Notes: a model not told the origin generated them from the letters alone. A stretch of DNA of 64,000 bases from Symbiopectobacterium sp. (GCF_047692315.1 NZ_JBLLJS010000019.1:2223-66222), one strand, 5' to 3'. Shown: positions 1 to 11,265, counted from the stretch's first letter. Numbers and translations: made by a program.

Positions 1-905
1 CTGGATGAGTCATAAGCGGTAATTTTCACGATGGCGGGCAATCCAGGGCGGATGTAGGCGATATCACGCGGGTTAACGCGGGTTTCAATCAACAACTTGT
101 TTTCAAGCGGCACGATTTCCATTAACTTACCACCGGGTTGCAGCACTCCGCCGACGGTCGTGACCTGAATGTCTTTGATGATACCGCGCACCGGCGAGGT
201 GAGGGTGGCGCGCCGTAGTTGGTCGGCCTTACCGTTGACGACTTCCAATTGTGCTTCCAAATCGGCATTATTCTTTACCTGCTCTTCGCGTGCCCTGACA
301 GCATACAGATTGCGTGCTTCATCGATCTTGCCACGGATTTCGCTGATTTGTCGCCGCAAACGGATCACTTCTACCGCGCTGGCTGCACCACGGGCGACCA
401 GCGGTTCGGTCATTTTCAATTCCTGCTCTACCAGTCGCATAGACTGTTGCAGGTTCAGCACGGTTTCATCGCGGTTACGCAGGCGGGATTCATACAGTTG
501 GCGCTCACGCGCCGCCAGATTGGGATCTTTCAGCGTCTCCTCGCTAAAGCGCAGTGGCTCTCCGCTCAGTTCTGCACGTAAGCGTTCTGCCGAGGCGCGC
601 AGGGTGGTGACACGCGAAAAGGCTTCACCATACACCGACTGGGCACGGTTGATATCCAATTGTGCCAAGTTCTGGCCTTTTTCCACGATATTTCCTTGCT
701 GAACGAACAGGTTATCGATCACGCCTCCATCGAGGCTTTCAATGACCTGTGCCCGTGATGAGGGGGTGACTTTCCCACTGCCGACGGTGACTTCATCCAG
801 GATGGCGATTTTCGCCCAGAAGAAAAACACCACTAGCCCCAGCAACGTCAGCCAAATCACTCTGGAGGAGGCTTTCCCTTTTGCGCTGAACAGCGTCTTG
901 TTCAT
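1..905 (-). CDS. HlyD-family type I secretion periplasmic adaptor (membrane fusion protein, BapD/LapC-like); 3' end runs off the window
   Basis: The ATG is at 905..903, 11 nt after the ABC stop, and is preceded by AGGGGG. My translation begins MNKTLFSAKGKASSRVIWLTLLGLVVFFFWAKIAILDEVTVGSGKVTPSSRAQVIESLDGGVI and stays open to position 1. It shows an N-terminal TM helix followed by coiled-coil-like sequence typical of HlyD adaptors. The ORF is open-ended, so it is absent from the ORF track. Confidence 0.85.
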   Translation of the reverse strand, partial: MNKTLFSAKGKASSRVIWLTLLGLVVFFFWAKIAILDEVTVGSGKVTPSSRAQVIESLDGGVIDNLFVQQGNIVEKGQNLAQLDINRAQSVYGEAFSRVTTLRASAERLRAELSGEPLRFSEETLKDPNLAARERQLYESRLRNRDETVLNLQQSMRLVEQELKMTEPLVARGAASAVEVIRLRRQISEIRGKIDEARNLYAVRAREEQVKNNADLEAQLEVVNGKADQLRRATLTSPVRGIIKDIQVTTVGGVLQPGGKLMEIVPLENKLLIETRVNPRDIAYIRPGLPAIVKITAYDSS

Positions 906-916
906 GGTTTTCCCCC

Positions 917-3055
917 TCAGGCGACCTGCTGTGCGTTATCGAACGGCTTGCTAACCGCTTTGAGTATCTGCTCTTTCGGACCATCGGCAATGATGCGTCC
1001 GTTGTCCATCACGATCAGCCTGTCAACCAGCTTGAGCAGTGCCGGGCGGTGCGTCACCAATACCAGCGTGCGTCCTTCCAGCCAGCTTTTCATCTGGCGA
1101 ATAACCTGTTCTTCCAGTTGTTCATCCATGGATGCTGTGGGCTCATCCATCAGCACGATTTGTAGATTGCGCAGGATAAGACGGCTTAACAGCACCATCT
1201 GGCGTTGCCCGCCGGAGAGGCCGCGCCCGCCTTCCTGAATGATACGCTCAAGGCTGGATGCATCCTGCTGCACCATGCTGAGCGCACCGCTGATACGCAG
1301 TGCTGCCAGCAGCTCCTGCTCGCTGGCGTGCGGGTTGCCCAGCATCAGGTTCTGCCTGAGGCTACCGAAAAACAGCCGTGAATCCTGAGAGAGAAAACCT
1401 ATCTGGCGGCGCATGTCTGCCGGGTCAATGTATGCCATGTCGACACTGTCCAGCGTTGTTTTGCCGCGCGTGGCTGTCGCTTGCCCGGCGAGCAGTTTGA
1501 GCAGGGTGGATTTGCCGGTACCAACCTTGCCCAATATCGCGACGCGTTCGGTGGGCTTGATGTCCAGCGTATTGATAAACAGGGCGTTATTTCCCTTTTC
1601 CGGATCGTAGCTGTACTGCGCCTGTGTCACCTGATAGTGCCCTTGCAGCACCGGACAGTGGGCGATTTCTTGCGCATCCGGCGTATCGAGTGGTTTTTGC
1701 AGCAGTTCATCAAGGCCGGTCAGGACGTTTTTGGCGTGCTGCCAGCGTGAGAACACCATAGTGAGTTGCATCAATGGGGCGATGGTGCGTGATGACAATA
1801 GGCTACATGCTACCAACGTCCCGGTGGTGATGTCCCCGGCCAACACCAGATAGCTGCCGAATACCAACATGCTGGCATAGGTTAACTGCTGTACTGTTGA
1901 TGCCCAACCGGTCAGGAGTGCGCCCCACAGGCGCTGCTTCATGCCGACGGCGGCGCTCACCTCGTGGGTTTGCTCCCACTGCCGCTGGAAATAGGGCTCA
2001 GCCTGGAGCGCTTTGATGTCTTCCACCCCTTCAATGGATTCCACCAGCACCGCGTTGCGCAACGAGCTCTCACGCATGCCCTCTTTAGCCAGTTTTGCCA
2101 TCGGCCATTGCAGCAAGATTCCGGGGATGACAATCAGCGGGATCGCCAGCATGGGAATAAGCACTAGCGGACCACCAATAAACGACATCAGCGCAAGAAA
2201 CAGCAGCACAAAAGGCATATCTGCCGCCGCGCCGACCGTGGTAGAGGTCAGCAATTCACGTACCTGATCGATTTCCCGCAACTGAGAAATAAAGGAGCCG
2301 GTAGATTTGGGGCGCGCTTCGTTCTTGATGGTTAACGCGCGGGCGAACAGCATGCCGGAAACGCTCAGGTCGATCTGTTTGCCCATCAAATCGGAGATCA
2401 CGGTACGGGATAAGCGGATAGCGTATTCAATAGCGGCCGCCAGCAGCACGCCGCCAAACAGCACCCAAAGGGTAGGCATGGACTGCGAGGGAATAACGCG
2501 ATCGTAGACCTGCATGGAAAAGAGGATGCCTGCCAGTGCCAGCACGTTGCCAATGATAGAGGCCAGCGCCACTTCGCCAATCGACCGTTTGGCGTGAGCA
2601 AAGTGCTGCCAGAACCAATGCTTACGGTAGGGTTTGACGAAATCATCGATACGGGCATCGCGGCCGCGTTCCGCAATGCCGGTGAGCACCAGCGTGTCCT
2701 GAATCTGCGATTGCAGCGTCTCCTTGTCAATTTTGCGTTGCAGATCGCCGCCGTCACTGCGCCAATACACCAGATTATTTTCGTCATCAATGGCTTCGAT
2801 CACCAGCACGCTGCCGTCATGGGATGCGGCCAGTACCGGAAGAATGCCGGGGCTCCAGCGTAAGCGCTCCCAACGACACAGGCTGGTGTGCAAACTCATC
2901 AGGCGGGCTATCTGTTCCAGCTTGCGCGGCAGCGGCAGATGTTCATGCCAGCGCATCTGTTGTGCGACCTTACGCACATCGACAACATACCCATAATGAG
3001 CGGCTGTTCTTGCCAGTGCGGCGATCCATATTTCTGTGGTGGCAGACGCAGTCAT
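917..3055 (-). CDS. Type I secretion system ABC transporter permease/ATPase with N-terminal C39-like domain (BapC/LapB-like)
   Basis: The ORF is 712 aa. It carries Walker A GKVGTGKST, the ABC signature LSGGQRQ and Walker B IVLMDEP. There are six predicted TM segments in the middle of the protein. The N-terminal ~130 aa resembles a C39 peptidase-like domain but lacks the catalytic Cys motif. It sits in an operon with the TolC-like and HlyD-like genes. Confidence 0.9.
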   Translation of the reverse strand: MTASATTEIWIAALARTAAHYGYVVDVRKVAQQMRWHEHLPLPRKLEQIARLMSLHTSLCRWERLRWSPGILPVLAASHDGSVLVIEAIDDENNLVYWRSDGGDLQRKIDKETLQSQIQDTLVLTGIAERGRDARIDDFVKPYRKHWFWQHFAHAKRSIGEVALASIIGNVLALAGILFSMQVYDRVIPSQSMPTLWVLFGGVLLAAAIEYAIRLSRTVISDLMGKQIDLSVSGMLFARALTIKNEARPKSTGSFISQLREIDQVRELLTSTTVGAAADMPFVLLFLALMSFIGGPLVLIPMLAIPLIVIPGILLQWPMAKLAKEGMRESSLRNAVLVESIEGVEDIKALQAEPYFQRQWEQTHEVSAAVGMKQRLWGALLTGWASTVQQLTYASMLVFGSYLVLAGDITTGTLVACSLLSSRTIAPLMQLTMVFSRWQHAKNVLTGLDELLQKPLDTPDAQEIAHCPVLQGHYQVTQAQYSYDPEKGNNALFINTLDIKPTERVAILGKVGTGKSTLLKLLAGQATATRGKTTLDSVDMAYIDPADMRRQIGFLSQDSRLFFGSLRQNLMLGNPHASEQELLAALRISGALSMVQQDASSLERIIQEGGRGLSGGQRQMVLLSRLILRNLQIVLMDEPTASMDEQLEEQVIRQMKSWLEGRTLVLVTHRPALLKLVDRLIVMDNGRIIADGPKEQILKAVSKPFDNAQQVA

Positions 3056-3103
3056 GCAATCTCCTGTGAGTAATACTTGGGTTAACAGCCACTTTTCACA
3101 TCA

Positions 3104-4593
3104 TTACACACACGTCATTACAATGACGGCAGCCGATCGCCACTGGGCGCGTTCTCGTTCTATGCCAAGCATATCCAGCAGATTATCGACGGCAGCAGCG
3201 TAGTTGACCGTTGCATCCCAACCATCAAACTGCGCCGTTGCACGTGCGTTTTCGGCCTGAAGCACGTCTTGCTCCACGCTGAGCAAATCGTTCAGACTGC
3301 GCTTGCTCAAGCGATATTCGTCGCGATACACATCGCGGGTATAGTTGGAGCTGGTGAGCTGGCGACCTGACGCTGCTGCGCGCCGATCATGCCGGCATAA
3401 GCGGTGGCTGCGCGCTGGTTGATATCGAGCTTGGCGGCTTCCACTTCAGCCTGTGCGGCCTCGCGCGCATTCTGGGCTGCATCGATCTGTGCGCTGACGG
3501 CACCGCCTTGATAGATGGGCGCTTCTATCAGCAGCCGTACCTGATCGTCCCAGTAGGCGCGGTTGCGGGTATCGTTGCGCGCGCGTGTCGCCTGCACGGA
3601 GACACTGGGCCAATGTTTGGCTTCTGCCTGACGAATACGTTGCCGGGCGGCTTCCTGACGTGACTGTGCGCTACGTACCAGCGCGCTTTGCTCGTAGGGC
3701 AGCGCCTGTAAGGTGATCGCCTGTTGTAGCAGTGCCTGCGGCAAATCCGGCAGGCGCGCGGGCACCACGCCGGTTAATACAGTTAGTTGCGCCAGCGCCG
3801 AGCGCTGCTGCGCACGGTATTGCTCAAGTGTGGCGACCGTGCCTGCGATACGCGTTTCCGCCTGCAATACGTCGGATTGCGAATTGAGCCCGGCTTGTGC
3901 TCGCATTTCAGCGATGGCTTTTACTGCTTCAAGCGAGGTGATATGCCGTTCTGCCGACGCCGACAGCGTTTGATAGCGCTTGATCTGTAAATAGGCGAGC
4001 AGAGTTTGTTGACCGACACCGGTCATGATGTTGTAGAGCTGGTAGCGATAGGCATCCGAGAGGTGATGCTGTTCATCGATGCTGCCGCTGGTTTTGCCGA
4101 AATCGTAGATTAACTGTGTCAGCGAAACGCCCGCCGAGGTGGTGCGACCGCGCGTGCCGGGGGTATCACTTTGATTTTGCCTGCCAACGCCACCGTTCAG
4201 CGCGATCTGTGTCATCCAGGCGCTTTCGGCCAGCTTCAATTCGCTGGCACCAATACGGATTTGTGCTGCTGCCTGCGCGATTTGTGGATTTCGGTCAAAG
4301 GCGTACAGAATGGCCTGCTCAAGGCTCAGGCTATCAATCTGCTGTTCACTGGGGGCTGCCTGCCAGGTAACACCCAGTGGCTGCGCGGATACTGGCGCGC
4401 CCCCTGACGTGGCGATGAGCGCGATAAGCACGCTCATGCCGCATAAGGTGGCACGAAAATAGGGCTGGCGAACGTCATTCCTAGCAAAAAAAGACCGTTT
4501 TATTATCAACACCCTGACCGTCGTGTGCGCCACAGGCACGCGCATACCTGTGGCGGCTTCTTCCGTTTTGTTATCACGCCATTTCGTTATCAC
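3104..4593 (-). pseudogene. TolC-family type I secretion outer membrane protein (BapB/LapE-like), frameshifted
   Basis: Two overlapping ORFs, 3307..4593 and 3104..3331, lie in different frames. Together they give a TolC-like protein, with LSLEQAILYAFDRNPQIAQAAAQI in the N-terminal part and SSNYTRDVYRDEYRLSKRSLNDLLSVEQDV in the C-terminal part. The frame change maps to about 3360..3366. The true start is uncertain; candidate Met codons are at 4545 and 4437. Confidence 0.8.
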
Positions 4594-4649
4594 ACCATGT
4601 TGACGTGCGGCCCTTGCTGCACCAGCACATCTCCCAGTGTGTTGCCGCT

Positions 4650-7600
4650 CTACAGCGACGAGTTGTGGTACACATCGAACACGATGCCATCCAACGCCCG
4701 TTGCCCGGCCAAGGCCCAGATGCCGCTTGGATCGGGGATCAAATTGACCGCGTTGCCCGCCGCGCCAAGGATGCGCAAATCGTCTTCGGGTTTATCGGTG
4801 ACCGACAGCGCTCGCGCCAAATCGAGCGTGATGCTGTTGGTGCCAGAAGCCCCGAGATCGAAGATTTCGATGTTGTCGATGCTCAATCCCAGCGCGGTGA
4901 GATCCAGCGCGAGATGTTCGCCATTCAGCAACAGCGTATCGGTTCCTGCACCCCCGTCGATATGCCGTGCATCAAGCGCGGAGACCTGAAGCTGGTCGTC
5001 TCCGTAGCTACCGGTCAGTGTGCCGTTTTTATTTGACACGATAGCGACGCCGCCGATGCTGTAGCTGATATCACTCGGTATGGTGACCGTGGTGTTTGCA
5101 CCGCTACTTTGCTCCGCGTTCAGGCTGGCGAGCGTCAAGGTGCTGTCGTCATGCGCTGTGCTCGTTTCGTGAGTGACGGATGCGGTGTGGCTGGTTTCCA
5201 ACGAAACGCTACTCTCCTCAAGCGTCAGGCTGTGGCTCTCGATGCTGGCGAGCGTGAGAGGGAGCGAAATCCCGGTGGTCAGCCCGGCAGACACGCCGAT
5301 GCTGTTACCTACGACATCCGTGACAGATGTCGCCACCAGCGTGCCGGTCAACACAGAGAGGATGTTGAGCACGGTAAGCCCCAGCGACGTGAGCAGCGAG
5401 CTTTCCAGCCGGGCGGTCCAACTGCCATCGGCTTGTACCGTGCCGGTCAAAGTGAGGCCGTTAAGCACCGAGTTGGTTTTGAGCAGAGAAACGGACACCT
5501 GCGCGCCAGCCTGCACGTTGCGGCTTTCGCCGTGGATGGTCAGGCCGTTGGTGATAATACTCAGCGCGCTCAGCAGCGTAGTCGGATCGATGCCCAATTG
5601 CGGCAGCGCATGGGTTTTGACGATGGCTGTGCTGCTGGCGCTATTGCTGTTGCCATAGCGGTCGGTCACGGTTACGCCCACGTTCAGGTTGCCGTCGACA
5701 ATGTTCAACAGGTTGGCCGTCGGCACGGTCACGCTCCAACTGCCATTGGCGGCAACGGTGGTGGTCAGCACCAATCCGCCGACATTGACGCGGATATTGC
5801 CGCCGACGGCGTTACTGGCGGTCCCACTGATGGTTTGATTGACCTGTGCTTCGGTCAGGTTGAGGTAGCCATCACCGAACAGGGCACTCAGTGACAGCGA
5901 CGGCAGATTATGGATGCCGATGCCCACGCTGGCGCTGGCATTTTTACCTGCGGGGTTGGTGAGCGCGACGCCCAGCGTCAGATTGCCGTCGGTGAGTGCA
6001 TTGAGATCGGTGGCGGACAAACTGACCGACCAGGTACCATCGCTTTGTACTACGGTCGTCAGGGTTCTGCTTCCCAGCGTGACGCGCAACGTTGAACCCA
6101 CGGCGTTGGTCGTGGTGCCGCTGATAATCGGACTGGTCGCAGCTTCCACGGCGTTCAACAGTCCATCACCGCCAAACAACGGGTTGAGCGTGATGGTCGG
6201 TGTGGCATTGATGGCAACCGTCGCCAGACTGTTTTGGCTGACGCTGTTGCCTGCGGCGTTGGTTAATTGTGCATTCACCGTCAGAGATCCGTCCGCCAGC
6301 GCTTGCAGATCCAGCGTGGGCAGGCTCAATGACCAACTGCCGCCCGCATTGATGGTGGTGGTGTAGGTTTTTCCTCCGAGCGTTAAGGTGAGCGTGGTGC
6401 CTGCCGCTGCCTGCGTGGAGGTGCCGCTCAGGATTTGTGTGCTGAGCAGGTCGTTCAAATCCAGAATGCCGTTGCCGAACTGTGGGTTGAAGCTAATGGT
6501 CGGCGGTGTGAGTGCGACCGTCAGGCCCGCACTGGCACTGTTACTGTTGCCCGCCGCGTCGGTGACCGTTGCGTTGACTGTCAGGTTGCCGTTCAGTAAT
6601 GATTGCAACTGCGTTGAGGTAACCGGAATGCTCCACAGACGCCCCCGGCACCCACGGTGGTGTTCAGCGTAAGCCCACCTAGCGTGACAGCGATGGTTGA
6701 TCCTACGGCTGCCTGCGTCGTGGTGCCGCTCAACGTCTGGCCCAGCGCGGCCTCCGCCACGTTGAGATAGCCATCACCGCCAAACAGTGGATTAAGGCTG
6801 ATGGTCGGCAAGTTTTTGGTGATAGCCGTAATGGTTCGGTTGATTGAGCCAGTGTTGCCGCTGCTGTTGGTCACCTCTACGTTAACTAACACGCTGCCAT
6901 CAACCAGTGCAGCAAGATCGGCAGGTTGCAGGATCAGGCTGAAGGCCCCGCCAGCGCCTACCGTGGTTTGGAAGGTTTTACTGCCCAGCGTCACGGAAAC
7001 CTGAGATCCAACCGCTGCATTGGTTACCAACCCACTCAATGTTTGAGCTACCAATGCTTCTGCGGCGTTGAGGAAACCGTCGCCACCAAAAATAGGGTTA
7101 AGTGTAACCACGGGCTGGGAGAAGCCTAACGTTAATCCACCGCCGAGTGAGACGGTGTTGCCGACGCTGTCGCTGGCGCTCACCGTGACCGTGACATTGC
7201 TGTTGCCCAGATTTTGTAGCAGTGCCAATACGTCTGGGGCAACGTTCACACTCCACTTGCCGTTGGCACCGACCGTTGTGGTCAGGGTTGTTACGCCAGC
7301 CACATCGATGGATAGCTGGGTACCGGATACCAGATTTATCGCCGTACTGCTTACAGTCTGATTAACCAGCAGATCGGCCAGATTGAGCAGACCGTCACCG
7401 AATATCGGATCGAGTGTCAGGCTGGGTAGATTATTGATGATCGTCGGTACGTTGATGGTTTTGCTGGCCACGTTACCGCCGTAATCGGTGACGGCCACGC
7501 CAAGTGCCAGTGTGCCGTCCCGCAAGGCTTTTAAATCCAACGTTGGGATAAAGAGACTCCACGCGCCACCTGCACCCACGGTGGTGGTGTAGGTTTTGGT

Positions 7601-10600
7601 GCCCAGCGTGACGGCGACGTTAAAGGCACCTTTGGTGAGATCGATGTTGCCGACCACGCCGCTGATGATTTGATTGGCGGCAGCTTCAAGCGCATTCAGG
7701 CCATTATTGCCAAAGGCGAGGACGGAATCGATGGTGGGCACAGAACGTAATACATCGATATCGATCAGTTCATTCTTGCTATTGCCATTGACATCCACAA
7801 TGTCGACGTTCACCCGCAACAGTCCGTCGGAGAGGCCGGAGAGCAGCGACGGTGGGAATGACACGCTCCAGGCACCGCCCGCGCCTACGGTGGCTTCCAG
7901 CGTGGTTCCTGCGATGGTGACACTGACTTTGGCACCGAGGGAACTGCCCGTAGCGTGACCGCTGATCACTTGCGCGATCAGCGATTCGGTATAGTTGAGG
8001 ATGCCGTTGTTACCGAAAATATCGTCAATGCCTGCTCCCAGCGTTTTGTTAAGCGCCACGTTCAACGTAACTGAGGTGCTACTGCTGTTGTCCGCGGCGT
8101 CGGTAATGGTCAGGCCGATCACCTGCGGGCCGTCGGTGAGTTTAGTGAGATTGAGGTCCAGGAAGGGAATCTGCCAGTTGCCATTAACATCGACCAGCGT
8201 GCTACCGGTGAGCGGGCCTGCTGTCAGCGTTACCGTGGCACCTTTCTCACCTTTACCGCTCAGCACTTGCCCCAGCAACGCTTCTGCCATCGCCAGTATG
8301 TTATTGCCTGCAAAAGCATCTATGGTGAGCAGCGGGATTTCCGTATCAACTGTGATAATGAGTGGCGTTGCGTTAGTGGAATTGCCTGCCGCATCTTTCA
8401 GCGTGGCGGTGATGGTGTGTTGCCCCTGAGCAAGGTTGTTCAGATCGGCGGTGGGAATGCTAACGGACCAGATGCCGCCCGTGCCACTGCCATTATCGAG
8501 TACCTGTGCCTGATAGGTCTTCCCGCCCAGCGTGACAGAGACAAAGCGCCCGACTTCCGCAAAGGAGGCTGTGCCATTGATGGTTTGCGCCGTTGCCAGT
8601 TCACTGTTATCCAGCGTGTTATCTCCGGCGAAGGTGAGGATGGCGACAGATGGCGGGGTAACATCAACCTGAACCGTGGTGCTGGTGTTAATGGTGTCAC
8701 TGCCCACCACGGTTGATGCTGTAATGTTCACCGTGCCATTAGACGTAAAAGTGGCGTAGGCTGCATCAGAGACGAGAATATTCACACTCCAGATACCGTT
8801 ACTGTCAGTGATGACACTACCCGTAGGTTGAATGTCATTGATGAGCAACGTTATTGCCTGTGAACTGACTCCGTGATGCAGTACCCCAGAAATGGTGATC
8901 GTAGCCTGTGATTCATCGGCGTTGATAATGTTGTCATCGGCAATGGCATTAATCACCAGCGTTGGAACTGGCGGCAGGGTGAAATCAACTGGAACGGTTA
9001 GCGTCTGGTTAGCCGCATTGCCCGCTTTATCCTATGCCTCTATCGCGATCGTCGTTGTCGGAACGGTGAACTGCTGCAACTCCGACGCCAATATTGGTGT
9101 CATAGCCATGACTATTCACAGTGACGGTCACTTTTTGCCCGACTTCCAGCCCGGTTGACGTGCCGCTCAGAGTTTGTGCGGCGCGGCTTTCGACATAGTC
9201 CAGCCCATCGCCGCCGACAAACGGGGTATCCAGCGTGACGGCGGGCGCATGAAAATCGTTTTCGAAGGTGACCGTGTCGCTGGATGAGTTACCCGCCTGA
9301 TCGGTGGCGGTCACCACCAGTTTGTGATCGTTACTTTCAGCGAGCGAACTTAGTGCGTTGGCTGGCAGGGTGACTCTCCAGGCGCTGCCCGTGACCACGG
9401 CCTGATAAATCACGCCGTTAAGGTCAATGTTTTGTGCACTGCCGGTGCTATTGGTGGTGCCACTGATGATAATCGGGCCGCTGGCTTCCGCGATGTTGAG
9501 TATGTTATCACTGCCAAATAATGGTTCCGTGATGTCAGGTGCGAGCAGTGTCAATGCCGCAGTGACATTGGTAGAGGTGCTGCTGTTGCCTGCCCGATCG
9601 GCTACAGTGACCGTGATGGTATGCCCCCCTTCGGTAAAGGCATCCAACTGAGTGGAGGAAAGCGGCAGCGACCAGCCGCCCAGACTATCCACCAGTACGC
9701 CGGTGAACACCACCTGATTGGGCGTGCCGGCATCCAGGGTTACTGTCACCGTTTGTCCGCTACCGCTGATCCCGGTATTACCGCGCAATGTTTGAGCGGT
9801 GTTTGACTCCTCCAGATTGAGGTAGCCATCACCGAAGGGCAGTACCAGTGTGGCGCTCGGCAGCTTGTGGAACAGCGCTTCTGCGCTGCCATTGGCGGTG
9901 CTGCTGTTACCCGCGCTATCCGTGACGGTAACGATGACGCTAACTGGGCCATCGGGGATTGATGACAGGTCGGCGCTGGCGAGCGGCAATGACCAACTGC
10001 CGTTGGCGTTTACGGTGGCGTGGTGTCCACGGTGATGGTGTGGCTGTTGCTGGCTGGGTTGTGTGCGATATCACTCACGTTGGCGGTAATGGATTGCTGG
10101 CCCTGCGGCAGTGCCTGCACATCATTAGCGGGCACCGTGGTGCTCCATGAGCCCTCGCTACCGACTGTCGCCTGATACGTTTTGTTATTCAGTGTCAGGG
10201 TAACGGTGCGCCCCGGTGTGACATGGGTGATTGAACCACTGATGGTCATCGGGCTGCCTGCATCCCGGGCGTTGATCACATCATCACCGGAGACGGTAGC
10301 GATCGCGATGGTAGGCAGATCCGCAGGTTGCGCGATCACATTCAGCGTATGGCTGTTGCTGGCGGAGTTACCGCCCGTATCGCTAACACTGGCGCTGACG
10401 GTGAGCTTGCCATCCGGCAGCGCGCTCACGTCTATGGCGGGAACCTGCACACTCCAACTGCCATTACTGTTTGTGGTGGTGTAAACATGGCCATTGAAGT
10501 TGATGGTCACGGTTTGACCCGCCGCCACATTCGCCGTGGTGCCAGAGAACATCAATGGCTGCGTGGCCTCAACCGCATTCAGACAGCCGTCGCCGGAAAG

Positions 10601-10963
10601 TGTTTTGATGTTAATGGCTTCCGCTGTGCTGTCTACGGTGATGGTTTGTGCGGGGAGCGTGGTGATATTGCCCGCTTTATCGGTGATAGAGGCCACCAGG
10701 GGATAGGTGCCGTTAGCGAGCGCTTGTAAATCCGCACCGGGCAGAGAAATTTGCCAGGAACCGTCGCTATTGACGGTGCCGCTGTAGGTTTTGCCGTTTA
10801 AGGTTACGGTGATAGTCTGTCCGGCCTCGCTGGGCGACGTTGTGCCAGACAAGGTTTGCGCGGTTTGCGCGCTTTTCACCTCATCGGTGGTGAGCAGATC
10901 GTCGCCGGTAAGTTTTTGCACCGTGAGGGTTGGCGGTGTGGTATCAACAATCAATTCGCGGGT
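4650..10963 (-). pseudogene. Giant repetitive Ig-like (Big-domain) adhesin, BapA/LapA-like type I secretion substrate; 5'-truncated and split into at least 4 frames
   Basis: ORF fragments are 10010..10954, 9027..9989, 6593..8956 (this frame continues up to 9115) and 4650..6608. All show about 100-aa repeats with FG(G)DG.LN..E, SGT, VTL.G.TYT.TV...G.WS and TD..GN motifs. The C-terminus, GGAGTDTLLLNGEHLALDLTALGLSIDNIEIFDLG...DGIVFDVYHNSSL, matches a type I secretion C-terminal target domain. There is no N-terminal region, and the frame closes at TAG 10964..10966. Confidence 0.88.
4900..10950 (-). repeat. Tandem array of about 300-bp (about 100-aa) Ig-like domain repeats inside the adhesin gene
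   Basis: The FG.G motif recurs at residues 44, 145 and 244 of the 4650..6608 fragment, which gives a period of about 100 aa. The same unit repeats through all four fragments. I did not count the units exactly. Confidence 0.8.
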
Positions 10964-11210
10964 CTACGCCGGGATGGGGGCAGGCAGCGTCTCTAAACGC
11001 AGCGACGCGGTCATTCGTAAAGCGCTTAATAAGGGGATCGTTGTGGTGCGCTCCACGCGTACCGGCAGTGGTGTTGTCCCTCCCGATGCCAGCCAGCCCG
11101 GCCTGGTTTCCGATTCGCTCAACCCGGCAAAAGCGCTCATCCTGCTGATGCTGGCATTGAGCAAAACCCAGAATCCAGATGTGATTCAGGCGTATTTCCA
11201 TACCTACTAG
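10953..11210 (+). pseudogene. ansB: 3' remnant (about 85 codons) of L-asparaginase II
   Basis: The frame-0 translation is [85 protein letters not shown], ending in a stop. It aligns with the C-terminal quarter of E. coli AnsB (...AVVRSSRV...LNPQKARVLLQLALTQTKDPQQIQQIFNQY, from memory). There is no upstream asparaginase sequence, because the fragment abuts the adhesin fragment. Confidence 0.8.
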
Positions 11211-11265
11211 TGCTTGTGTGGCACGCGTAAAAATACCTCTTTGTCACACGTGAAAAACGCAAAGC

